64,000 nucleotides of DNA from Minisyncoccota bacterium. Lineage in GTDB: Bacteria; Patescibacteriota; Minisyncoccia; Phycocordibacterales; UBA9973. The first letter of the stretch is position 1. Every line of letters starts with the position of its first letter. The DNA lies in NCBI GenBank assembly GCA_041661005.1, contig JBAZVG010000001.1, positions 735,515-799,514 on the forward strand, given 5' to 3'. The position numbers were made by a program, and so were the translations under genes. Positions 40,241-48,846 of the stretch are shown in pieces. The notes under the pieces were generated by a model. It saw only the letters and a list, made by a program, of their open reading frames with translations. It had not been told where the DNA came from and ran no database searches.

Positions 40241-41079
40241 AGAAATTATTTTTTAACGCGTATAGAATATTTTTGATTGGTATGTCTTTGCCTATTATTT
40301 TATCTGGTTTTTTTAATAAAAGAACTGGTCAAGAATATGGGATTACATTTTTTAGCAAAATTCGTCTTCTCCTACAGATGGTGAGAAATAACTTTAAAAT
40401 AAAGACGGCATCACGATTTGTAGAACATATTTTAATGGCTGAGGCGATATTTAGAGTTCCTAAATCTGTTGAAGGAGCCGTAGTTGAGGCAGGTGTTTTT
40501 AAAGGGGGAAGCGCAGCAAATTTATCATTAGCATGTGCAATGTGCTCCAGAGAGTTGCTACTCTTTGATTCGTTTAAGGGTCTTCCTGAGCCAGATTTGA
40601 AAGACAAAAAGCATATAATTTTAAGTAATAAAGAAACGCACGCCTACCAGAAGGGTGCTTGGACCGGAACATTGAGCGAAGTCAAGAAAAATATTTCTAA
40701 CTATGGGAATATAAATGTCTGTAAATTCTATGAAGGATTTTTTGATCAGACTCTGCCCTTGTTTGAAGATGATGTAATTTTAGTTTTTTCTGACGCAGAC
40801 CTTAAAAAATCCACTGAAACGTGCTTGAAATATTTGTGGCCATTGTTGAATGATAACGGACTGTTTTTTATACATGAGGCGGCTCACAATGATTTGGTTT
40901 CTTTATTCTTTGATAAATTATGGTGGAGAGATAATTTAAATTCAGAGGTGCCATGTTTGATAGGGGCGGGCAACGGGTTAGGTTTGTATCCTAGCGACGG
41001 AGGATACAAAAGCAGTCTAGCTTACACAATAAAGAATCCAGATGTTTCTAAATTCAAGGAGATGCCGCCTGAAGTATGA
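40237..41079 (+). CDS. TylF/MycF/NovP-family sugar O-methyltransferase
   Basis: 'GAVVEAGVFKGGSAANLSLA' and 'LLLFDSFKGLPEPD....DADL..ST...L' match the macrocin-O-methyltransferase fold. Confidence 0.65.
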   Translation: MKKLFFNAYRIFLIGMSLPIILSGFFNKRTGQEYGITFFSKIRLLLQMVRNNFKIKTASRFVEHILMAEAIFRVPKSVEGAVVEAGVFKGGSAANLSLACAMCSRELLLFDSFKGLPEPDLKDKKHIILSNKETHAYQKGAWTGTLSEVKKNISNYGNINVCKFYEGFFDQTLPLFEDDVILVFSDADLKKSTETCLKYLWPLLNDNGLFFIHEAAHNDLVSLFFDKLWWRDNLNSEVPCLIGAGNGLGLYPSDGGYKSSLAYTIKNPDVSKFKEMPPEV

Positions 41080-42347
41080 AAAATTTAAAAATGACTTCAA
41101 ATAACAAAATTAAAGTTTTGGTTTGCGCATTTGCGTGCTTAAAGAACCCTGACACAAGGTTTGGTTTTGGCGATGGCGGGGAAGGAGTTTTGGGTTGGAA
41201 CATAGTTTTACAATTAAACAGGTTTTTTGATGTTTCGGTTTTAACCCATTCTGACAATAGGGCAGCCATAGAAGAAAAAATTGCAGTTAGTAAGGTTACG
41301 GGAATAGATTTTTATTACTTAAAACTCCCTGCATTTTTAAATTTTACAAAAAGAGTAATGCAGATTTATGCTTATCTTTGGCAAATAAAAGCTTATTTTG
41401 TTGCAAGAAAACTGAATAAAGGGAATGGGTTTGACGTTTTTCATCACGTTACATATGCAAACGATTGGATGGCCAGTTTTATTGGAGCGCTTTTGCCCAT
41501 TCCTTATGTAAGGGGCCCGGGAGGAGGCGCCCATAGAGTGCCAAAACGATTTGTTGACGAATATTCTATCAAGCAGCGGGCGGCAGAAAAAATTAGAAGT
41601 ATTGGGCAGTGGGTTTTTAAACGAGATTTTTTTTTTATAATTGGAAACAATCGAGCGAAAGCTATTTTGGTTTGCAATAAAGAGGCCTTTGATGCCTTGC
41701 CTAGAAAATGGCAAAAAAAATCATACTTTTTCCCTGTTAACGGGATTTCTGCCGAGGATTTAAAACTGCTTGATTTGCATAAGGAAAAAATAAGATATGG
41801 TTTTTCTGTTTTGACTGTTGGGAAATTGGTCAAATTAAAGGGATTTGATATGGCGATAAAGGCTTTTAAAATTTTCAGTGACAAAGTTCTAGAAGCAAAA
41901 TTAGTTATTGTCGGCAAAGGGCCTGAAATAAATAATTTGGAAAATTTAGTGGCAGAATTTGATATAAAAGATAAGGTCGTTTTTGAGGGCTGGCTTTCTC
42001 GTGAGGAAGTTTTAAAAAAGATGTCCCTTTCAGATGTTTTTTTGTTTGCGAGTTTAAGGGATGGCGGAGGCGCAGTTGTTGTGGAGGCTATGGCGGCAGG
42101 CAAGCCAGTCATTTGTTTTGATCTGGCCGGACCGGGTCTTCATATTGATGAAAAGTGTGGGATAAAAATAAGGCCTGATAGTCCTGGCCAGGCAGTTAGA
42201 GACATGGCGACGGCTTTAGAAAAATTGTATTTTAGTGAAGACTTAAGATTAAGTCTTGGTAAAGAAGCAAGAAAGAAAGCGGAAAGGGAATATGATTTGG
42301 ATAAGCTGGGCAATAAGTTAAATGAAATTTACAAAAATATTTTATGA
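41076..42347 (+). CDS. family 4 (GT-B) glycosyltransferase
   Basis: A C-terminal 'E..G......VV.EAMAAGKPVI' motif is present. Confidence 0.75.
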   Translation: MKNLKMTSNNKIKVLVCAFACLKNPDTRFGFGDGGEGVLGWNIVLQLNRFFDVSVLTHSDNRAAIEEKIAVSKVTGIDFYYLKLPAFLNFTKRVMQIYAYLWQIKAYFVARKLNKGNGFDVFHHVTYANDWMASFIGALLPIPYVRGPGGGAHRVPKRFVDEYSIKQRAAEKIRSIGQWVFKRDFFFIIGNNRAKAILVCNKEAFDALPRKWQKKSYFFPVNGISAEDLKLLDLHKEKIRYGFSVLTVGKLVKLKGFDMAIKAFKIFSDKVLEAKLVIVGKGPEINNLENLVAEFDIKDKVVFEGWLSREEVLKKMSLSDVFLFASLRDGGGAVVVEAMAAGKPVICFDLAGPGLHIDEKCGIKIRPDSPGQAVRDMATALEKLYFSEDLRLSLGKEARKKAEREYDLDKLGNKLNEIYKNIL

Positions 42348-44554
42348 TAGGATTTATTTTAGAAAAAATTAAAAAAAATTGGGAGTGGTTTTTTTCAGGA
42401 TTTTTATGGCTTTGTATCTGGGGCGGTTACTCCACCGATGTGAGTCGTTTTTTTGCTCCCGGATTCCCGCATAATACGCTTGATTTGATACATGCTTTGC
42501 GCGCGCTCTTACCCCTTTTTGCATTGGCCGTTTCCTCCTTCATTCTTGTCAGGAAAAAAAACCTGTCTAGGAAATTTTTTGCAACTCCGCTTGGGTTGCT
42601 TTGCTTTTTTGCATTTATAGGCTTGTTTTCTTCCATATTCTCGGAAGACCCATTAAAAGCTTTTTATTGGGGTATTCTGTACATGTCTGTTATATCCGTC
42701 CTTCTTGTTTTTTTAGATAATAAAAGTTTTTTGAAAAATATCATAATAATTAATTGGATAATAGCGGGTATCTTAGCGGTTGGCTTGACCGCATTCTTTT
42801 TCCTGCAACCTGGTGCGCTAAATTCTTTAACTTTTAATTATTTGGTGTGCATACAAAGACCATATGAAAGTCTTGCCAATATACCAGCGGGAATTGATAC
42901 GTTTGGAATAATGGGCACGAGACCCACCGGACTGGGCAGGTATGCGGGAGTTGTCGCAATAGCCGCCTTGGCGGGCTTCTTGCTAGCGGAAAAAAGAAAC
43001 AAAAAGAAAATTATTTGGGCTCTTATTTTTACTGTTTTCTTACTTATTTTTATGTTTACCAAGGGTAAAGCCAACATCGTAGCTTTTTTAGCGGCCGCAT
43101 CTTTTTTATTTTTTATGGTAAAAAGAATAAGTAAGCCCATGATTTTGGTCATGTGCTGTATAGTCTCGCTGTCCGTTTTTGTTGTGTTTTATAATATTCC
43201 ATGCACCAACTCGCTGAGCTTAATAGAATCACCATTTTCTAAAATTTTCGGTGCTAAAAATTCTGTAACGTCAGTCATGAGCTCTGCTTTAAGCGAGCCA
43301 TCAATTAAAACCGAAATCGCGCAGGCGCCTGCCGTGGAAGTCAAACATAAACTTGCTTTTAATACAAATAATTATACGTTGAGCGGAAGGACTATTATTT
43401 GGCGTGACGCGTGGCGTCTTTTTCTGAAAAATCCTTTATTTGGCTATGGATTCCAGGCAGACAGGATTATGCTAGATGGACGCAATGCGCAAAATTCTTT
43501 TATTCAAGCTTCCTTGGAAGCCGGAGTTTTGGGGGTTGTTTCTTTTACTTTTGCTTTTATCTTGGTTTTTATATATTTAATCAGACTTTTTAATTCTCCG
43601 CAAAATGAATTTTATGCGGCAGGATCATTTGAAAGAACATTTTTAATAATGGTTTCTGCAGTTTTGGTTTTTTTTGCGGTAAACAGTATGAGTGATTCTG
43701 TTGCTGTGGTATTTCAACCCGGCTGGTTTTTCATAGCTCCGATAGTAGCTTACATACAAAGCTTAAATGGGGACTTGGTAAATAAGAAGAATCATTTCGG
43801 GAAAAAAAGCTTTAAGTTTTTTGGAAATGAAATAAGCGTTGTTACAGTTGAAGATACCGTGGAAAACATGTCCGAATGGATTAAGCGCGATCCTACCAAA
43901 TTGCATTGGATGGTTGGCAAGGATATGAACGGAGCTGTACAAGGAGAAAAGCAAGCTGATTTTAAATACATACTTAAATTTGTAGATTTATTTACTCCCG
44001 ACGGGATTCCTTTTGTTTGGATCGCCAGATTGAAAGGTTTTAACATCAAAAAAAGGGTTCCAGGCCCGGATATTATGGCTGGATTTTTTAAAATTGCCGA
44101 AAAAGAGGGGTTCAGCAACTATTTTTATGGCGATACAGCAGATACTCTGCAAGCTCTGAAAATAAAATTATTAGAAAAATTTCCCAATTTAAGAATTGCA
44201 GGAAGTTATTCTCCGCCGTTCAGAAACATATCCGAAGAAGAAGATAAAGAAATAATTGAAAAAATAAACCAGGCTAGGTCTGATGTCCTGTGGGTGGGAT
44301 TGGGGGTCCCGAAGCAGGAAAAATGGATTTTTGAGCATAGGGATAAATTGAAAGTTCCGGTTGTGATGGGGGTTGGAGCGGCATTTAAATTTTTGAGTGG
44401 TGAGATTAAAAGAGCCCCTGAATGGATTGGAGATTTAGGATTTGAGTGGCTTTGGAGACTTTTTCGTGAGCCAAAAAGAATGTGGAAAAGAGTTTTTATT
44501 GACGGGCCGATTTTCTTCTGGCTCATGGTAAAACATTTTATTCAAAATAAATAG
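42344..44554 (+). CDS. fusion protein: Wzy/WaaL-like O-antigen polymerase/ligase membrane domain plus C-terminal WecB/TagA/CpsF (GT26) glycosyltransferase
   Basis: The N-terminal ~470 aa is polytopic with a Wzy_C-like 'GRTIIWRDAWRLFLKNPLFGYGFQ......NAQNSFIQASLEAGVLG'. The C-terminus has 'VLWVGLGVPKQEKWI' and 'PVVMGVGAAF', which are the GT26 signature. Confidence 0.7.
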   Translation: MIGFILEKIKKNWEWFFSGFLWLCIWGGYSTDVSRFFAPGFPHNTLDLIHALRALLPLFALAVSSFILVRKKNLSRKFFATPLGLLCFFAFIGLFSSIFSEDPLKAFYWGILYMSVISVLLVFLDNKSFLKNIIIINWIIAGILAVGLTAFFFLQPGALNSLTFNYLVCIQRPYESLANIPAGIDTFGIMGTRPTGLGRYAGVVAIAALAGFLLAEKRNKKKIIWALIFTVFLLIFMFTKGKANIVAFLAAASFLFFMVKRISKPMILVMCCIVSLSVFVVFYNIPCTNSLSLIESPFSKIFGAKNSVTSVMSSALSEPSIKTEIAQAPAVEVKHKLAFNTNNYTLSGRTIIWRDAWRLFLKNPLFGYGFQADRIMLDGRNAQNSFIQASLEAGVLGVVSFTFAFILVFIYLIRLFNSPQNEFYAAGSFERTFLIMVSAVLVFFAVNSMSDSVAVVFQPGWFFIAPIVAYIQSLNGDLVNKKNHFGKKSFKFFGNEISVVTVEDTVENMSEWIKRDPTKLHWMVGKDMNGAVQGEKQADFKYILKFVDLFTPDGIPFVWIARLKGFNIKKRVPGPDIMAGFFKIAEKEGFSNYFYGDTADTLQALKIKLLEKFPNLRIAGSYSPPFRNISEEEDKEIIEKINQARSDVLWVGLGVPKQEKWIFEHRDKLKVPVVMGVGAAFKFLSGEIKRAPEWIGDLGFEWLWRLFREPKRMWKRVFIDGPIFFWLMVKHFIQNK

Positions 44555-45865
44555 TCAATGTGTAAAAATAATTTGGATTGTTCGAAGAATAATACCAAAA
44601 TCCATAAAAATATTTCTGTTTTTTATGTAATATAAATCGTATTCAAATTTTTCTTTTGATTCTTCTATCCCTCTTGCATTTCTAAATTTTATTTGCGCCC
44701 AGCCGGTAAATCCGGGTGTAATTATATGACGCAATCCGTAATGAGGTATTTCTTTGCTGAGTTTTTCTTCGAAAGAGATAATTTCCGGCCTTGGTCCCAC
44801 TAAGGACATTTCGCCTTTTATCACATTCCAAAGTTGCGGAACTTCATCAATGTGAAGTTTACGAATAATTTTACCCACTTTTGTAATTCTCTGGTCATTT
44901 TTTTCAGTCCACTCTGCTCCATTTTTATCGGCATTTACAAACATTGAACGGAATTTGTAAAGCTTGAAAATTTTACCGTTCTTTCCAACTCGGAGTTGAG
45001 TATAAAATACAGGACCCCTGTCATTGAGTTTGATAAATAAAGCAACAATAAGAAGAAAAGGAAAGGTAGCTAAAAGAATAATAAAAGCAACAACGACGTT
45101 CATAAGATGACTAATTATTTTGTGAAAAATTGTAGTTGTGTTTTGGATATTATGCAGGAACCATGTTTCATCGATAGAGTCGACTGGAATTTTTCCAAGG
45201 ATGTTTTCGTATGCATATGTTAAATCCAAGATATTTTTTGCCACACTATATATTAGTATTAAATCCTTTGTTTCCTTCAATGAATTTTTAGATATTATAA
45301 GCGTATCAACTTGTTTTTGGTCTTGTCTTGTCATAAATTCTTCTAAAGAAGAATATGTACCCAAAACGTAAAAACCGGATTGTGGGCAAATTTTTATGTA
45401 ATTTATAATCTTTCTTATGCAATTACTGTCTTTGTTTTGTTCCACAACAAAAGCTATTTCTTTACGAAAATATACCGAGAAAATATTGTAAAAAATTCTT
45501 CTCCAAATTAGAAAGAAAAGAACAAAGATCGCGCTGAATATAACTAAATTGGTTTTTGGCGTAATGCCGAAAGATGGAACCAAATAAAACAAAATAGTAC
45601 TTGTAGCTAAAGCTACCATAGAAGCAATGCCGATTATTCTTAGGTGGGGGATGGTTGGTTTTACCGACTCTGTTTCGTATAAATTAAAAAGGAAAAAAAC
45701 CAAAAGCCATATACCAAAGACAAGCAAGAAAGGAAAAAAGTGGTCACTGATGACATCATGCGAAATTCTATTAGGGAACCTTATTACAAGCATCAAAAAA
45801 AATGCTACAACTAACATTATTATGTCGCCAAGGAGAAGTAGTACTGTTCGAACCTTATTTCTCAT
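44555..45865 (-). CDS. polyprenyl-phosphate sugar phosphotransferase (bacterial sugar transferase, WbaP-like)
   Basis: The C-terminal 'DEVPQLWNVIKGEMSLVGPRPE' is present, with N-terminal TM helices. Confidence 0.8.
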   Translation of the reverse strand: MRNKVRTVLLLLGDIIMLVVAFFLMLVIRFPNRISHDVISDHFFPFLLVFGIWLLVFFLFNLYETESVKPTIPHLRIIGIASMVALATSTILFYLVPSFGITPKTNLVIFSAIFVLFFLIWRRIFYNIFSVYFRKEIAFVVEQNKDSNCIRKIINYIKICPQSGFYVLGTYSSLEEFMTRQDQKQVDTLIISKNSLKETKDLILIYSVAKNILDLTYAYENILGKIPVDSIDETWFLHNIQNTTTIFHKIISHLMNVVVAFIILLATFPFLLIVALFIKLNDRGPVFYTQLRVGKNGKIFKLYKFRSMFVNADKNGAEWTEKNDQRITKVGKIIRKLHIDEVPQLWNVIKGEMSLVGPRPEIISFEEKLSKEIPHYGLRHIITPGFTGWAQIKFRNARGIEESKEKFEYDLYYIKNRNIFMDFGIILRTIQIIFTH

Positions 45866-45930
45866 GCCTTTATGATACTTTTTTAAAGACGAAAAAACAA
45901 GTTGATATTTTTTATGTTTTTTGTGCTAGA

Positions 45931-47208
45931 ATGCCAAATATGAAATACGAAATTAAAGATATAAGCTTGGCAGACAGGGGGTTGATCAAAATTGAATGGG
46001 CGGGCAAAGATATGCCGGTGCTTGCTGGTATTAGGGATACTTTCAAGAAATCAAAACCATTTAAAAATCTCACCATTGGAGCTTGTTTGCATGTTACAGC
46101 AGAGACAGCTAATTTGATGATTGCCCTAAAAGAAGCTGGCGCGGAAGTTTCGCTTTGCGCTTCAAATCCTCTTTCCACCCAAGATGACGTGGCGGCGGCT
46201 TTGGTAAAAAAATTTAACATTTCTGTCTTCGCTAAAAAAGGCGAGAGCAAAGAAGAATATTTTTCACACCTAAAAGCGGTGCTCGATACAAACCCAGATA
46301 TGACTATGGATGATGGCGCTGATCTAGTCGGGGAGTTGCATTCTTTGCGTCTTGATCAAGCTAAAAAAATACTTGGCGGAACGGAGGAGACCACTACCGG
46401 TGTTACTCGGCTAAAATCAATGGCAAAAGAGGGGAAACTTCTTTTCCCGGTTATTGCAGTAAATGATTCTATGACCAAGCATTTCTTTGATAACCGTTAT
46501 GGCACTGGCCAATCTACACTAGACGGTATAATTCGCGCTACGAATAAATTGATCGCTGGCTCGGTGTTTGTCGTCGCGGGATATGGATGGTGTGGAAAGG
46601 GGCTGGCGATGCGCGCTCGCGGGATGGGAGCGAATGTCATAGTTACTGAGATTGACGCTGTCAAAGCGCTCGAAGCGTTGATGGATGGATTTCGGGTTAT
46701 GCCGATGGTGCAGGCAGCTCGTGAGGCTGATTTTATTTGCACTGTCACTGGGAACACCAGTGTCGTGGGATTGGATGCATTTAAGGTTATCAAAGACGGA
46801 TGTATAATTTCTAATTCCGGACATTTTGATGTGGAGATCGATCTTGTCGCGCTTCAGAAGATTACCAAGACTAGAAAAGTCTTACGCGATTTCGTTGAAA
46901 GCTACCAGATAAAAATCGGGAAAAATGAAAAGACCGTGTTTGTGTTGGCTGGCGGGAGATTAGTAAATTTGGGTAGCGCTGAAGGGCATCCAGCTTCGGT
47001 GATGGATATGAGTTTTGCCAATCAAATATTGTCAGCGGAATTTGTGTTAAAGAATAAGGGTAAACTCTCTAATTCAGTTCATACATTGCCCGAAATTCTT
47101 GATAGAAAAATTGCTATTTTGAAATTAAAAAGCTTGGGAGCAAAAATAGATACTTTATCAAAAAAACAAACAGAATATATGGCTGGTTGGAAGGAAGGCA
47201 CAAATTAA
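45931..47208 (+). CDS. ahcY: S-adenosyl-L-homocysteine hydrolase
   Basis: 'KDISLADRG...IEWA...MP.L', 'CLHVTAETANL' and an NAD-binding 'VVAGYGWCGKGLA' are present. Confidence 0.85.
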   Translation: MPNMKYEIKDISLADRGLIKIEWAGKDMPVLAGIRDTFKKSKPFKNLTIGACLHVTAETANLMIALKEAGAEVSLCASNPLSTQDDVAAALVKKFNISVFAKKGESKEEYFSHLKAVLDTNPDMTMDDGADLVGELHSLRLDQAKKILGGTEETTTGVTRLKSMAKEGKLLFPVIAVNDSMTKHFFDNRYGTGQSTLDGIIRATNKLIAGSVFVVAGYGWCGKGLAMRARGMGANVIVTEIDAVKALEALMDGFRVMPMVQAAREADFICTVTGNTSVVGLDAFKVIKDGCIISNSGHFDVEIDLVALQKITKTRKVLRDFVESYQIKIGKNEKTVFVLAGGRLVNLGSAEGHPASVMDMSFANQILSAEFVLKNKGKLSNSVHTLPEILDRKIAILKLKSLGAKIDTLSKKQTEYMAGWKEGTN

Positions 47209-47220
47209 TTTAGGTATAAC

Positions 47221-47305
47221 TTTTTTCCGGTACGGATTTTTTGAAGCTTAAAAAATCCTGAAGTTCTCGGCTCGTCAGCCTCGAAACCCCTACAAAAAGT
47301 TTACC
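47221..47305 (+). repeat. repeat family X copy 2
   Basis: It is near-identical to copy 3 at 48727-48815. Confidence 0.8.
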
Positions 47306-47332
47306 TCAATTAATTTCTTTATTTTAAATTAT

Positions 47333-47848
47333 ATGAAAATTGTAATTATTGGCGCTCAAGGTGTAGGTAAAACTACTTTAGCCAAACAAATTAATAAGCA
47401 TTACCCTGATTTTAAAATCTTGCCCGAAGCGGCACGACTGGCCTTGGAGGCAGGGTATAAACTTGACCAAACGGCAACAATAGAGACAGAACACTGGTTA
47501 ATTGCGAAGCAAATTGAGTTAGAAAGTGGAGAGGGTAAATGGGTGGCTGACCGTTCCTGCATAGATTTGCTCGCATATATACATCATTTATTTTCCGAGG
47601 AATCGGCTCTGATTGAATTTGCTACTAAAACCTTAGTGCCAAGATTTGATAAATATGATTTAGTTTTATATTTACCTAGTGGAGAATTTGATATTGAAGA
47701 TGATGGTGTGCGTTCAACTGATATTGAATTTCAACGAGCTATAGACGAGCGTTTTAAGGATGTTCTCAAAAAACACAAAATTCCATTTGTTAAGATAGTT
47801 GGTTCACCAGGAGAACGGTTAGCCAGGGTTAAAGATTTGCTTGCTTGA
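47333..47848 (+). CDS. P-loop NTPase (AAA_28/NadR-like kinase domain)
   Basis: Walker A 'IGAQGVGKTTLAKQ' is present. The small size is similar to the NadR ribosylnicotinamide kinase domain. Confidence 0.45.
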   Translation: MKIVIIGAQGVGKTTLAKQINKHYPDFKILPEAARLALEAGYKLDQTATIETEHWLIAKQIELESGEGKWVADRSCIDLLAYIHHLFSEESALIEFATKTLVPRFDKYDLVLYLPSGEFDIEDDGVRSTDIEFQRAIDERFKDVLKKHKIPFVKIVGSPGERLARVKDLLA

Positions 47849-47882
47849 CTTTAAAAATTACTTTGTATATACTTTAGGTATT

Positions 47883-48152
47883 ATGAAAACATCAGCATTA
47901 AGCATTAAAATAGATCCAAAAGTAAAAAAGGGAGCCCAGAAAGTTGCCGATGAACTTGGTTTTTCTCTTTCTGCGATAGTCAATGCTTCTTTGAAAAATC
48001 TAATGCGAAGTAAAACTGTTTCATACTCTGTGCTCGAACCTTCCCCGATGCTGAAACACGCTATTAGATCCGCTCGTCAAGACAGGGTGCAAGGTAAATC
48101 TTACGGACCTTTTTCCCTTAAGGATTCTATTGCTTTCTTGAAGTCAAAATAA
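47883..48152 (+). CDS. dinJ: DinJ/RelB-family antitoxin
   Basis: It shows the ribbon-helix-helix-like pattern 'LSIKIDPKVKKGAQKVADELGFSLSAIVNASLKNLM'. It lies immediately upstream of the toxin gene. Confidence 0.55.
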   Translation: MKTSALSIKIDPKVKKGAQKVADELGFSLSAIVNASLKNLMRSKTVSYSVLEPSPMLKHAIRSARQDRVQGKSYGPFSLKDSIAFLKSK

Positions 48153-48156
48153 ACTA

Positions 48157-48417
48157 ATGCACTTTAGTTACAGTAAAAAGTTCATCAAGCAGTATACTAA
48201 AAAGTCTATCGACATTAAGAATAAATTTATTGAACGTCAGACCTTACTAGCTACTGATTTTTTTAGTCCGATTCTTAATAATCATAAATTAACCGGAGAA
48301 TATGAAGGTTGTAAAAGTATAAACATAACGGGCGACATACGCGCCGTCTTTGAAGAGATTTCTGAATACCATGTTGAATTCGTTGCTATCGGCACACACA
48401 GTGAACTTTATTCTTAG
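48157..48417 (+). CDS. yafQ: YafQ/RelE-family mRNA interferase toxin
   Basis: 'HKLTGEYEGCKSINITGDIRAVFE.....V.FVAIGTHSELY' matches the YafQ C-terminus. Confidence 0.6.
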   Translation: MHFSYSKKFIKQYTKKSIDIKNKFIERQTLLATDFFSPILNNHKLTGEYEGCKSINITGDIRAVFEEISEYHVEFVAIGTHSELYS

Positions 48418-48496
48418 ATTTCTTGCATTTGCAAAATAGATTTGTTACAGTTTACCTACCTGCCTTCGCACGATGCTACGGCAAGGCAAGTAATTA

Positions 48497-48642
48497 AATA
48501 TATCAAGAGTGGCGACGATCCTCCTTCGTAAAACTACGGACGGAGAACGAGAATTGGCTCGTATGACTCGCCCAGCAACCTTTTTAAACAAGGTGCTAAA
48601 TCCAACCAAGTGCTGATGAATCAGCACGAGGAAAGATAAGTA
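48497..48642 (+). ncRNA. candidate SAM-I (S-box) riboswitch in the metK leader
   Basis: Ordered consensus blocks are present: 'TATCAAGAG.GGC', 'CAGCAACC', 'GGTGCTAAATCC', a P4-like hairpin gtgctga/tcagcac, then 'GAAAGATAAG' closing P1 against the 5' 'CTTATC'-like strand. Confidence 0.55.
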
Positions 48643-48663
48643 TGTCTAGTCCACATAAAATCT

Positions 48664-48692
48664 TTCCTCATTATTTGAGGAATTTTTTGTTT
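48664..48692 (+). terminator. putative riboswitch expression-platform terminator
   Basis: The stem ttcctca/tgaggaa is followed by 'attttttgtttt'. Confidence 0.5.
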
Positions 48693-48726
48693 TAATGGTA
48701 GATTACGAAATTCACAAAAATACGAA

Positions 48727-48815
48727 CTTTTTTTCGGTACGGATTTTTTGAAGCTTAAAAAATCCTGAAGTTCTCGGCTCGTCAGCCTCGAAACCCCTTC
48801 AAAAAGTTGTATTTT
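48727..48815 (+). repeat. repeat family X copy 3 (between riboswitch and metK start)
   Basis: The sequence is 'cggtacggattttttgaagcttaaaaaatcctgaagttctcggctcgtcagcctcgaaaccccttcaaaaagttg'. Confidence 0.8.
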
Positions 48816-48846
48816 AGCGAATTTCGTAATTCACAGAGTAAAATAT

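Noticed and set aside
41337-42112. Minus-strand ORFs 41337-41714 and 41504-42112 inside the GT4 gene
   Set aside because: They are antisense to a CDS with clear GT-B motifs. Their low-complexity translation is typical of shadow ORFs.
48445-48627. 60-aa minus-strand ORF between yafQ and metK
   Set aside because: It lies antisense to the candidate SAM-I riboswitch, and its Arg/Val-rich low-complexity translation reflects structured RNA sequence rather than a gene.
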